NCBI GenBank assembly: GCA_053919585.1 | Contig: CM132795.1 | Source: Euprymna scolopes | Lineage: Eukaryota | Reading direction: 5' to 3' (one strand) | Length of the DNA stretch: 64,000 nucleotides | Shown here: positions 1 through 13,300 of the stretch, one piece after another | How positions within the stretch are numbered: the first letter of the stretch is position 1 | How the letters are laid out: each line of letters starts with the position of its first letter | The notes under the pieces: model-generated | Databases searched by the model: none | Seen by the model: only the letters and a program-made list of their open reading frames with translations | What the model was told of the DNA's origin: nothing | Program-made: the position numbers and the translations under genes

Positions 1-639
1 ACGTTTCTTTTTACATGTACTCAAATGATTCTGAAAACGTATTTTAACAAATATAAAGCCTACAATGAATTATATGTATTCTACATGATTTATAGTTGTG
101 TAAAAGTGTATAGTAAAACCTTTCCATATTTCTGTATGCGTACATATTTTTTAATCTTGCCTACCAAACTCTGTCAATTTTTAGGTCTAAACATGAACTT
201 TAATAGTGTATTTGGGTTTCAACGCGGGAAAATCGATACAAAAGTGAAAATTCAAAATTTATCAGGTGAAAGTCGAACGACGGCATTAAATATGTATACG
301 TAACGTAGTTATTGGTTCATGTTTTCAGTTTTAGCCCTGTGGCAAACAGGTCTTCATAGGTTAGGCGTTAACGCCAGGAAAAAATCCTAAGCTAAACGTT
401 TTGCTTTAGATTCGCTATGGCGCACGATTCATTTTTTACTTTTTAAATTATATATAGGGTCAATGGATTAAATACGAAACTTGCATTAATCAAACAATAT
501 TTAAGCATATTGTGCGACCTGGTAATATATTGTCTTCAAAACTTAACTGAACTTAAGATATACTTTGTTTTGTGACTGTATCTATTAAGTTGCAACTTGT
601 ACGCATGTCCGAAAGGTAAAATCTAGTTGTGACTGTTGC

Positions 640-1350
640 ACTAGAACAAGTAATCTTGTAAAAGTTTCCTTTGTGCAAATGCTTTCAGATTACAATATTC
701 CTAAGCAAAATAAACTAGCAATGTTTGGCATTGCTAAACCAGAAGCTGAATCGATAACGCAACAAGCATCTACAAGAATTGATTAATCAAATCTCTTTAC
801 TTGGTCGACACTTATCAAGGGCCGGGTACAGCTCTAGGATAAGGATTAATGAGTGTTAGGTAGATGGCTAGACAACACCGTGATCAGTAATGGTGGAACT
901 TGAATATGATTTAAGAGAACGGCTCGACAAGCATTTATTTACATTAGACTTGTAAACGGCAGTTATAGTTTGCTGGGAAAGAATACTAGTCATATTACCC
1001 ACCCACCCCGGTTTATTCCTTCGTTGACCTGGATAAGTGCAGGCAGATTTAGTAGCAGTTTCAAATTTCAAAACTAATATCGACTAATCTCTAGAAAATC
1101 GTGGGATTACTGAACCAATGTTTGAGAAATGCCACAAAGGATAAACAAGATACATTGCTAATTTACTATAAGTAACCACGTTAACACTATTAATTTGACT
1201 TTGGGATACGAATAAAAGTCGCAACATTAAAATTGGTTCTACCCGATCCGGCTTTGATTTAAAATGCACCAAACATTGTTTTCCATCGTCTTTATAAAAC
1301 TCGTGTTCAGTGAAGTCCAACAATTTTCCTCTACAAACCAAACACATTAT
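640..1350 (-). pseudogene. Possible decayed hAT (Buster/SPIN-like) transposase N-terminal fragment; second copy ~11870-12580
   Basis: Minus ORF MCLVCRGKLL...HFKSK resembles the CxxC...HF.TKH zinc-finger start of SPIN/GTF2IRD2-type transposases. The remainder is heavily degenerate. Confidence 0.3.
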
Positions 1351-1499
1351 ATGGAGATATAAATATCAGAAGCATAAACTATTTATAAATTTGTAATTCG
1401 GCCATAAATACAAAAAGTTAAATACCTTAAAATAAGGCTATGTGAAAAAAAAAAAAATAATAGCCTTTCTAGTAGGTTTTCAGGATGCGACAGGGCGAA

Positions 1500-1790
1500 A
1501 CAAAAGGGGGAGACGTTTTGTCTTTTTATAGGGTTTAGTGAAGTCAATTTGTACTTGCATCAAGTATTTAATGAGAATTTTTTTTATTCTTCTGCCAATG
1601 GTAAATACTGACTTATCTAGTCCATTAATCTGGTTAGTTCTTTGACTAGTTGAATGACTTTGAGGGGAAGATGGATCGATTTTACCAAGTTGACTGTTAT
1701 AATGCAAAATCTGATCCACCTTGGAAGTTGAAACTCCTCGGTTGAATCCAGCTAAATTTCCAATACTTAAATTTTTATATTTTTCCTGAA
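1500..1790 (-). mobile_element. Non-LTR retrotransposon RT fragment; second copy ~12730-13020
   Basis: ORF 1480-1860 contains LAGFNRGVST..DQI and VQIDFTKPY, degenerate forms of the RT motifs QxGFRxGRSTxDQI and FIDFxKAFD. Confidence 0.45.
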
Positions 1791-3589
1791 ACAATTTGAC
1801 TCCCTGGAATGTCTGACATTTTTTTTTTTTTTTGTACCAATGTTTCATTTTGCAAATCAAAGTTGACTTAAAATCATATCCTGTCCTGAATTTGAATATT
1901 CTAAATTTTAATAACTTTGTAAACTTCGAAAAGAACAGGATTCAATATTTTTAAACTAATATAGTGAATCCTGTTCTTTTGATTATTTTTGGATCTTTGA
2001 CAAGTATTGCAATTTCCTCATCTTACAATTTAAGATATGGCATATATCTAGACTATTGCTAAAGATATATTTAAACACGAATAATAAAATGCTATTTTAA
2101 TCCAGTGAGACTTATAAAAAAATCTTTGATCTAATAAAACCAAACAAAATTATCAATTAGACTTTATCAAAAATTGTATGCGAAAAGAATTAAATTTATA
2201 TAAACAATTGAAAATATGAATCTATGAAAAAGTAAATGGAAAGAGTAATACGAATTTTATTCGTTATTTGATTCGTATTCAATCTTAAATGAAGTTTAAT
2301 CTTTTGTGCATCTGTATTTTCATGGTTTTAGTGATAGTGATTCACTATCTATCCGTGGTAGTACCAGGGCTATAATAGTGGTTTTGCTTCATTGAATTTT
2401 GGGTAAGAATGAAAGTATATTTGCATCGTTAAACCGGATGTTGAATCTAACACAACGTGGATGCACAATTGGTGCATGCTGATCCTGAGTATAAAAATGT
2501 GTAATGTAGAATGAACGTAAGGATTTTCCAATTTACAGATGGGAGTCGTAATTTAGCTATCCAAAATCTCGGCAAATTTTTTGGATAGGGAGAAATTCGA
2601 GGGCTAGTAAATTCTTTTGATTGTGATGATGCTGCTAACGCATACTGATGGTTATTAGTATGGTTCCAGTACTTTCTTTATATAAAATGAATGACATTAA
2701 AAATACCACTTTAAGATATACAATTAGTCGCTTCTCCAAAGTTCAAAACTTTTTCCTATGTTGTACTGTTATAAACAGGCGTAATATTGAAAAATAAATC
2801 ACTCGTACTGTAGCTACGATAAAATCCTCAATTCGAATTCTTGCACTAGGTTTCATTTTTCATGTCCTTGACCTGTGGTGGCAGGTCAGGATGTCATTTA
2901 TGTATCGCATGAAGCTAGTAGACTAATAGACGACCAGATAGGTTCCAGATGTATAAGGGGCAAACTGAGAGGGAGTTGGGCGGGTTTACCAACATTTGAA
3001 TTTTTGTACGTTGGTGCCGTCAGAAAAGTAATTTGCAGAAAGAACCTATAAAATATTTCTATGAAATGTTACTATTAAAAGCATACTAGACACCTGCCCT
3101 GCGGAAAGTTTGAGACCATGTGCGAGTTCTCTGTTCATTAGCAAAATTGTGATTTTATGCCATTTTAAACAGATCTGGAAAACTACTCTAGTGTTGCACA
3201 GCTAACAGTATTAATACATCAACACTCAGAACAAATCCTTTTGAATATTTCATCTGATAGTTCCCAAAAGATACCTCTGTTTTTTTTTGGGGGGGGGGTA
3301 TTTCAAATTCATTTAATTTTATCTTAAAATGTTCTACCTTATTGCTGTTGGTACTTTGCTTGATTAGCAAGCAACTATGTATGAAATTCTCAATTTGTTC
3401 TTAATCATGATCGTAGGTTCTAAGGGCTTCAAAGTCAAATTAAAATGTATTTGTGCATCTGACAATTTGATGGGTAAGAAAGTTGATGCGGTATTGGCCA
3501 GATTAGACTAAACAATATTCGCCCAAAATGTATGAAAAATGGCTAAAAACTTTTAGCAGAATAAAGAAATTAATGTAGGGATTTAAGTT

Positions 3590-3625
<36 letters not shown>

Positions 3626-4571
3626 GTCAGTTTGATAGTTCTACCCTCAATCTTTAAAGGATTTGAAATGGCTGTCACCTGTACCTGAACGGTGACTGTC
3701 AAAAGTATAATACATTGGATTTCTAACTGGCTTGTAAACTTCGGAATATAGTGCCCAACTAGTGGGATGCTGTGCATAAATGAATTAGATCTTAATTTTT
3801 AAACTAAGATAATTGTCAAAGACTTTCGGTAAGTTCTGTAGAACCAGAAAACTAGATTGTATATATATCTACCTGCTAGTGGTGCTCCTATATATGATCA
3901 GTATAATTTTACAGGTGGACTACGCTGTTGCCAGAGTCCCATAAACTAGCTTTATGGGTTCAATCATACAGCCAGTATTTTGCCTGAAGGTGTGCAATAG
4001 TTCAGTCCAATAACGGTGTAGCTGTTTTCTATACTGTTAGTATCTGGGTCCAGACTGATCGCTTAATATATCTAGCATCTTTCGAGTGACCGCTTATGTA
4101 TGGTAGCAGGAAGATGTATCATCAGGTCTATTCAGAAAACTGTGGGTGTCAGTTCACCCGGTTACTCAATACATGCCAGATGCTGTCACTCCATTTGTGA
4201 ATTCGTATTTGTGCAGAGCTACAATATGCTGTTATCACTTACAAATATCTGTTGTATCAAATGACGTCTTTTAGTTCTAGATTTTACTCTACAATTTTAC
4301 AGGTCCAGGATAGTAAGAAATACCATTTGAAAGTTTTCGATTTCCTCGACTGATTTTTATTCTGTTTAAATTAATCCTGTAGCGTGTATCTTAGTCTTTT
4401 AATTTTGTCACTGTTCACTACATCCCTTCCAATCAAATTTAAATGGTTTAGTTTTTGAAATGCTCCATTTATTTCCCCTAAATTTAACATTTCCAATAAA
4501 ATTAAATTTTTTGGGTATTTGTGCTGGTCGTTTACATGCTTGCTACTCATGAAAGTAAATTGGACCCCCTA

Positions 4572-5280
4572 TTGTCACCATTCGGGGCAACAGAACCAGA
4601 GCCGTTCCTCCTAGCCCGTTCTTTTTGGGACGATCTTTCTGACTGCCTGTGATGTAGCAGCTGGCCCGATCTTAGTACATCATCCGTCTTTCCTCCTTTG
4701 GACAGAGGTAGTGCTGGAGAAAGGCTTCGATCTGCTTGGTGTCCACCTCATCACGACCCTGGCAGGTAAAACTGACGCAGCTCTATGGGAGCCTGATCCA
4801 AGAGGGAATCAAGCTCCCCGGCAAGCATATCTACTTGATCTTCCACCTTTTCCCATTAAGTATCTTACAACCGAACCTTGTGAGACTCGCACTTCAACCG
4901 CCTCCTCTGCATGAGAGCTCTCTAACACTCGCCAGAGACTCCTGCTTGGAGAGATGAATTAGGTGCCCCTTCTATACCTCGCCAGAGCAGCCAAGAATCA
5001 GATCGCAGTGCACATCTCTGCGTTTGTTAGGTACCGACACTTCATTTCAGATGCATTAGATTGCAATAGCACATTGTCCTTGGAGATCCATGTCAGACTG
5101 GGACGGCCCCAGCAACCCTGTCCTGGTTGGCTTTTCTGGATGTCTGCCTCTGGTGTTGGCATAACCAACGACTGGATGTAAACTCGTGAACAAAAGAGAC
5201 CTGAAAAAGGAACGCCCCCCCCCTCACCAATATCTGACCCAGTTGATCGGTCACCGAGGATATCAGACGGACCAGATTGT
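4572..5280 (-). mobile_element. GC-richer fragment, probable APE endonuclease region of an L1/Tx1-like LINE; second copy ~16030-16735
   Basis: Sharp GC shift relative to flanks. The minus frame gives VVGYANTRG..., D...AIAI and RGGG.SASL, resembling degenerate APE motifs, with multiple stops. Confidence 0.4.
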
Positions 5281-7347
5281 TATTCTATAATTCTTCCAAA
5301 ATAGTTTTATTTGTAGAGCAATTAAGACTGATTGCTTCAGTGCTGACATAAGATAAAAATTTTCTACAAATTCGCTTTGTCAGCCGGACCCCATATTTGT
5401 AGACTGCAATCCAATAGGCCGTTGGTGATCCATGTTCTGTAGGAATGGATCGTTGTGGCTAAGCCATTCTACTTCATTTGACTAGGTTGGAGAGGCTCGA
5501 TTCAGTAAATTGACTGGTCATGTCATGCCTTAGTATCAATAACTTCACTCACAATTGTATCATTTAATCTTTTTACTTTAAGAAAAACAGATACTAAGTA
5601 GTGGCTAAAGGTTAACTACGTAAGGAAATATTACGAATGCCAAAATGTAATTTTTTTTTCTAGTGTTTTCTCTAGAAGGTATTTTCCAATATAAACGCTT
5701 CCTCTCGGAATTTTAATCTAGGGACGACAATATTTCCTTTTCCATTAGTTTCCTTTTGAGAGTAATTCATCTTAAACATTAGATTTTGGCCTCTACTGAT
5801 CCTAAAAGGTTAGTAAAAGATAAATTGCTGATAATTTAATTTCGCGTACGTATTTTCACTTGGGACTTTTCTGATAAGGATTTATTTAAATTGGAGTATT
5901 GCTTGAAAATAAACATGCAATGTTAAATTCTGTTTCCAGATGATATTTGCTCATAATTCCTTTGACACTTTCGAATTCGTATTTAAGTAGGCCGTCAATG
6001 GGTAAGATTTTTCCAGATCCGTCTCTTGAACCCCATACTGCAATATTTAAGCCAATGAGAATGTATTCCATGTTATCTTTAAAAGGATTCTGGCAAACCT
6101 CAAACTTGCTATTCTCTATCCAAATAAGTTGCATGATAACGTTGTCATTGGATTCTCCAGTTCTATGGACAGTAAATCAGATACACAACACATCACTTCT
6201 GCTTTGTTTTGCTTTTAGATTTGTAAAACTTATTTTTAATTTACGATTAATAAAGACTTAATTTTTGTCACTTTGTGGTCAAAAAGTATTTTGATTTAAT
6301 CGGACATAATCTCAATTTCTAGACTATGAATTAGATTAAATGCAGAAAGTGAGCAAAATACGATTTGCTATTAATTGAAAACTGCTTAGGCACTAAAGGA
6401 TAAAGCGGTGTATTCATCCAGGTGTTGATTAGTAGTATACCCCTTTTTATTGCGTTCGGAGAGTATTTTCCCAGCGATAAACAGGATTAGATTCTAATTT
6501 GGTTAAATTGACGAGTGATGATCCAAAGATTACAAAACTAACAGATTTTTTTAGCATTACTATTACTAGCATTTAGTATCTGAACATAAAATCTGATATA
6601 TAATAGATCAAAAATACATTTGTCATGTTATTTTCACGTGATAATAGCTCACCGAGTCATTCGAACTCTTTACAAGATGTGTATACCGTTTTCATTTTTC
6701 AAGCTATCTTCCAAAAGTAGGGTGTCTCCATCAGTATTTTTTTTTTTTTTTTTTTTTTTTTTGTGAAGTATTAAAATATTTTATTTTTTAATACTTGCTA
6801 TGTACGTACACTAATATATTTACTGTTTATTAAATCGTACAATAACTCATTTGCCGAAGTAAATGATTTGGTTTTAGATAACTACCAGACATTTCATTAC
6901 TGAATTTTTTAAAACAATTTTAACATGTGATCAGGTTAATATTTTAAATTCAGCTTTAATCACTTTTCTACAGTGACAGGATTCAATTAATCGAATTAGG
7001 ACAGAAAAATTCATTTTTTAATATCAAGTCATTTGTTGCAAGCTCTACATTCAAAATCAATTTAAGTCTGTTTCATATCTTTAGTTATACTCCTCATGAC
7101 TAATGCTTCGATTTTTCATTTCTTTTGACCAATTTTACTTGTCTTTTTTTTATTATAAATCTGACTCTCTGCCGTATAGTAACATATTTTATTAGTTTGA
7201 AAACCTCAATACAAGTTAATTTTAAACTAGCAGGACCTGTGGAAATTTCAGAGGAACTCATAATTGATGTTGGCATTCTTTAGATGTTCAGTGTAAATGG
7301 AGACTCTCTGATATTGTAGCTTTTTTAAAACTGCAAAAGTATTTAAG

Positions 7348-7661
7348 CTAGGACAAACGTCCGGCGTAGCCCGGTCGTAAAGTATGCTTAAATATTTTAA
7401 TTCTTGCAGATTTCGTATATATTAATGTTATATCGATTTTGATAAAGTTGCGATTTAAAAAATAAGTCATACATATTAGCTTGAATCGAATCCGAAATAA
7501 AAACTTAGGAAATGCACCCATATATGCACAAACTTGAGTTCCTTCGGCCATAACCAAAACTTATGAAGAATTCTTAGTAAAATTATGACTAGGGAAGTAC
7601 ACAATTGAACAACCCGGATGTAAGCGTAACACTATAACACGTTATCGTATTAAGCTATAGA
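7348..7661 (-). mobile_element. Non-autonomous Helitron-like element (~314 bp), copy 1
   Basis: The minus strand begins A|TCTATAGCTTAATA (7661). It ends with hairpin CCGG-GCTACG-CCGG (7361-7374), 9 nt, then CTAG (7348-7351). The following base is C rather than the canonical T. Confidence 0.55.
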
Positions 7662-8999
7662 TTAGCCTTTTCAGATTCAAAGGTTTTTTTGAGTCCTATA
7701 TATTTTTCTAAAATCTAAACGGTCGTAGTAAATATTTGGAAACCCCTAGATAAAGTATTCATTTTCCTTTTGTTTGGATAGTAAACTTTTGGTCAATAAA
7801 AATACTGTATTGATTCGTAGATATTATACTTGGTAATCTTTTTTTACATTTAAGTAATAGTGAATCTTGTGCATAATATCACTAAGTATTTGAAATGAGT
7901 TTACAATTCCTTTAGAATAACTACTTTTATTAATCGAAATGTCGGTTTATGAAGTCTTAGAAAAAATAAACATTCAAGATTTAGATTTTTCTTTTCGTGT
8001 TCTAATACTTTATGGGTATTACCATTTGCAAAGTATCGTACTGAAAAATATATTCAGTTCGGCTGTACTGTGAATGATCTCTAGCTACATATGGTGACGT
8101 CTCAATTTGTGAGGGGAAACTGGTGTACGTTATCCTTTCGTTGTCATTATTCAGATTCACTCCAAACTTTGGTCACATGGGCTAAATAGAATTGCTATTT
8201 GTAAAAAGAGCAGGATTCGGGAAAGGCTATAATGTTAGGATAAAGTACTCCAGAACCTGTTCAATTTTGCGTTTTTCCTATGTTGCCACATTTATTCTCT
8301 TGGAAGTTTATTCCAAGATAGAGATCCAGATTGGGAAACAGCTCTTCAGTTCTGTAAATTTTAAAGTTTCATGCACTGCTGACTGCTGACCTGTTTCGCT
8401 TGCATGAATGAATCAGTTAAATGGGCTGGTATTTTGAGAGAAAAAAAAGTTCATGGATAGAATTCGTCACTGTATATTTCCTAACAATTCAACTTCCAGC
8501 ACACGTCTGTCGTCCTCAACTCTACCAACAGGTGTTTTATTAAAAACTGCCTTTCATTTGCACATGTGGGCGGTGTGATCTCGTAATTCCAAGAGACCAC
8601 ACTTTATAAAGCCACGACCGCTCTTTTCTCGGAGCTTGCTTTGGTTATATACAACTCTACAAATAGGTCGCGAAGTATGATTGAGTCCGTAGACAAAGAT
8701 GAGATGATTGTCATCACTCGAAGTAAAATAAAGTGTGACCTATTTTATTAAAGTTTTAGGTTGTCATAAAACTGGGAAATATTAAACAAATACCAATTAG
8801 TCAACTGGAGAAATTCTATTTATGATCGATTCGATTTTGGGATAATTCATTTTAGCTGGGTAAAGTTCAACATCCGATAACCACGACGACCACATAGGCA
8901 TAAGATGTGCAAGCATAGATATGCAACATACTCTTCTAGTTTGAATAGAAGTTTATCTGGTCCAATCATCTGTTACTACAAGGGATACGTGTTAATATA

Positions 9000-10318
9000 C
9001 AGTCAAGCCCGAAATGGGTTGTATCCTTAAAATTATTTGCTGAAGTGAACTGTAATTTCAGGTGTACCTGTCTAGAAAACGAATTCTATACTAGAAATTA
9101 TTTCAAACAAAATATTGTACTGCTTATGAGACACAAATGTTCAAATTTATTCATATCCAATATTTAATAGTCAATAACATTGCCTTAATTTTCTCCTGCA
9201 AACTATATTTGTCAAGGTTCTTACACACTTCAAAACTTTGACTTTTTAGCATAGTGCTCTAATTCTTGCTAATTTTTAAATTTTCTCTTCTATTTATAGT
9301 TTGTGCCATATTTTTGGGGATGAGACTATAACTAGGACATTTATCTGGTTGTCATTTAATCATTTTTCTCACTATATTGGCAGTATATTTGGGATTGTTG
9401 TCCTGCCGAAGCATCCATTTTGAGCCCAACGCAAGCTTTTCAGTAGCCTTCATGATCTTTACATTTTAAAATACTGCTTTTATTCCAGAAGCTGTTTGAG
9501 CCACTTTAAAGAAATTCGAAGCATAATTCAAGCATAACCATGTCTTTACCGTGGGTAAGGGCTTCGTGGGGTTGGACTTTCACCATACTTCCAAATCTAA
9601 GAACCCATATGCCCAAATTCAATTTGTCACCTGTTCATAAAATCTTGTTAGTCCATAGCTTTTAGATGTTTTTTATGGAGCTTTTCTGGATCGTTATTCT
9701 GCCAATTACATGCGAAGTCTTCTGCAATGTTGAAATATTTCGGACTCGGATGCCTTCAACATCCCAAAATGTTATTAGAGGTGATTCTTGGGTTTTTGAT
9801 TCAATAATCGTGAGATTTCTAGCTCATCTAGGAGAAGTTTCGTTTTCATGTCTAATCGGGTTTTTGTAATGTTTTGTATTGTTGAAACCGGAACATACAT
9901 TGAAATAGCTTTATACTCCAGACCTCTTTTAATAAAATGTGGCAATTCAGTTTGAGATAATCAGTTAATGTACCTTAATTTTCAAAGTTTAGATCCTTCC
10001 TTTAAAGACTTTTCGGCAAAATTGAATAAGATTATTTTTCTGAAAAATAATGGGATACTTATATTAGAGCAAATAAATGAACAGCACTTAGAATAATCGC
10101 TATGCTCACAGGAGATAAAAACAAGTAATCGAGCTTTAAGTAAATTGTGAACATCCCTGATTTCACAAATTGACATAATACTGCTACTGATTATTCCCCT
10201 GATTTAACAAGTTCTGTATATTCAAAACCATAAACATTTGCGTGAAGCTCTCCTGAAGCGTTTTAAGAACAGAAGGAAGTAAATTTTTTTCCTGTGGATA
10301 TAATTTCGGACTTGACTA
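9000..10318 (-). mobile_element. Decayed Tc1-family DNA transposon, copy 1
   Basis: TIRs TA|CAGTCAAGCCCGAAAT and ATTTCGGACTTGACTA|TA. Minus-strand remnants WMLRQDNNPKYTA (~FQQDNDPKH) and PTVK. Confidence 0.85.
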
Positions 10319-13300
10319 TAATATAAAGTTAAAAGATTCTTCACTATTTCAGTAGTGCTGGAATACTTGAGCAGTCAATATCATTAAATAGCTAATCCAT
10401 AGAAATCGTAGGTATTGGAAGCGTTGGACTTGTTGCCTGCTGCCATCTTTTCTCTTGTATGATACTTGAAACGATATGGCAATCTAAATTAAGTTCATAC
10501 AGGAGTATTGTAGGATTTCTTTTACTCGATAAATGGCCTGCCCAGCATATCTTATGTGACATTCAGAATGTTTGCGACCTTATCAGAGAAACACCATAGT
10601 TAAGACAAGTCATGTGAAAGAAACTAAGTTTGTCATCGATATGGTGTCCATGTTTTTTTTGCTCCATATAAAATATTTAATACTGACGCTTTGCACACGT
10701 TGGTTTTAGTTTCAAGTCAAACCTCACGGCCATCCGCATTAAATGCCTTCTAAATGCTGCATTACCTTTGCAATTTTATCCAGTATAAGATGTATTGACT
10801 TTGCTTCCCATATAAAGGACTTAACATGCTTAAAGATTTAAATCCTCTTAATGTAAATTTTTGGCTTTTCTCTAACCAATCGAAAGGAAAATCTTGTAGA
10901 AATATCAAGCAGCTGTAATGACCATTTTAATGTTGCTTATGGTAAAGATTAGGTCCAGTAATTTTTTATTCATGGTCTGCGTCGCAGACAAGACTGACAA
11001 TGAAGAAATTTTCCCCCAGTAAAATACACAAAATCCAAATTTTAAGTTAAAATTTCCCGCCTTTTTAATTGTGAGGTGAAACTAAATTAGTTTTAAAGAC
11101 TTCATAATGGATTTCTAAATACCATTTCAGCAAGGTCTGTATAGATATCATAGGTGAAAGTGCAAAATAGTTAAAACACCCCCTCTTATGGTGAGGATGC
11201 TTTTAAATATTTCGACACTGCCCGTAAACTGCACGTTTCTTTTTACATGTACTCGAATGATTCTGAAAACATATTTAAACAAATAAAGCCTACAATGAAT
11301 TATATGTATTCTACATGATTTATATTTGTGTAAAAGTTTATAGTAAAACCTTTCCATATTTCTGTATGCGTACATATTTTTAAATCTTGCCTACCAAACT
11401 GTCAATTTTTATATCTAAACATGAACTTTAATAGTGTATTTGGGTTTCAACGCGGGAAAATCGGTACAAAAGTGAAAATTCAAAAATTTATCAGGTGAAG
11501 GTCGAACGACGGCATTACAAATATGTATACGTAACGTAGTTATTGGTTCATGTTTTCAGTTTTAGCCCTGTGGCAAACAGGTCTTCATAGGTTAGGCGTT
11601 AACGCCAGGAAAACATCCTAAGCTAAACGTTTTGCTTTAGATTCGCTATGGCGCACGATTCATTTTTTACTTTTTAAATTATATATAGGGTCAATGGATT
11701 AAATACGAAACTTGCATTAATCAAACAATATTTAAGCATATTGTGCGACCTGGTAATATATTGTCTTCAAAACTTAACTGAACTTAAGATATACTTTGTT
11801 TTGTGACTGTATCTATTAAGTTGCAACTTGTACGCATGTCCGAAAGGTAAAATCTAGTTGTGACTGTTGCACTAGAACAAGTAATCTTGTAAAAGTTTCC
11901 TTTGTGCAAATGCTTTCAGATTACAATATTCCTAAGCAAAATAAACTAGCAATGTTTGGCATTGCTAAACCAGAAGCTGAATCGATAACGCAACAAGCAT
12001 CTACAAGAATTGATTAATCAAATCTCTTTACTTGGTCGACACTTATCAAGGGCCGGGTACAGCTCTAGGATAAGGATTAATGAGTGTTAGGTAGATGGCT
12101 AGACAACACCGTGATCAGTAATGGTGGAACTTGAATATGATTTAAGAGAACGGCTCGACAAGCATTTATTTACATTAGACTTGTAAACGGCAGTTATAGT
12201 TTGCTGGGAAAGAATACTAGTCATATTACCCACCCACCCCGGTTTATTCCTTCGTTGACCTGGATAAGTGCAGGCAGATTTAGTAGCAGTTTCAAATTTC
12301 AAAACTAATATCGACTAATCTCTAGAAAATCGTGGGATTACTGAACCAATGTTTGAGAAATGCCACAAAGGATAAACAAGATACATTGCTAATTTACTAT
12401 AAGTAACCACGTTAACACTATTAATTTGACTTTGGGATACGAATAAAAGTCGCAACATTAAAATTGGTTCTACCCGATCCGGCTTTGATTTAAAATGCAC
12501 CAAACATTGTTTTCCATCGTCTTTACAAAACTCGTGTTCAGTGAAGTCCAACAATTTTCCTCTACAAACCAAACACATTATATGAAGATATAAAAATCAG
12601 AAGCATAAACTATTTATAAATTTGTAATTCGGCCATAAATACAAAAAGCCTTATTTTAAGGTATTTAACTATGTGAAAAAAAAAAATAATAGCTTTTCTA
12701 GTAAGTTTTCAGGATGCGACATGGCGAAACAAAAGGTGGGGACGTTTTGCCTTTTTATAGGGTTTAGTGAAGTCAATTTGTACTTGCATCAAGTATTTAA
12801 TGAGAATTTTTTTTATTCTTCTGCCAATGGTAAATACTGACTTATCTAGTCCATTAATCTGGTGAGTTCTTTGACTAGTTGAATGACTTTGAGGGGAAGA
12901 TGGATCGATTTTACCAAGTTGACTGTTATAAGGCAAAATCTGATCCACCTTGGAAGTTGAAACTCCTCGGTTGAATCCAGCTAAATTTCCAATACTTAAA
13001 TTTTTATATTTTTCCTGAAACAATTTGACTCCCTGGAATGTCTTACATTTTTTTTTTTTTTTGTACCAATGTTTCATTTTGCAAATCAAAGTTGACTTAA
13101 AATCATATCCTGTCCTGAATTTGAATATTCTAAATTTTAATAACTTTGTAAACTTCGAAAAGAACAGGATTCAATATTTTTAAACTAATATAGTGAATCC
13201 TGTTCTTTTGATTATTTTTGGATCTTTGACAAGTATTGCAATTTCCTCATCTTACAATTTAAGATATGGCATATATCTAGACTATTGCTAAAGATATATT

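Larger units (their letters stand above)
1..10835 (+). repeat. Tandem segmental duplication, copy 1 (left end outside window)
   Basis: Position 1 (ACGTTTCTTTTTACATGTACTC) recurs at 11233. Colinearity runs to ...GACTTAACATGCTTAAAG (10835) = ...GACTTCACATGCTTTAAG (22288). Many ORF-track peptides are identical in both copies. Confidence 0.98.

Noticed and set aside
5886-6261. Overlapping 82-aa and 104-aa ORFs conserved in both duplication copies
   Set aside because: Conservation simply reflects the recent duplication. No recognisable domain or splice structure.
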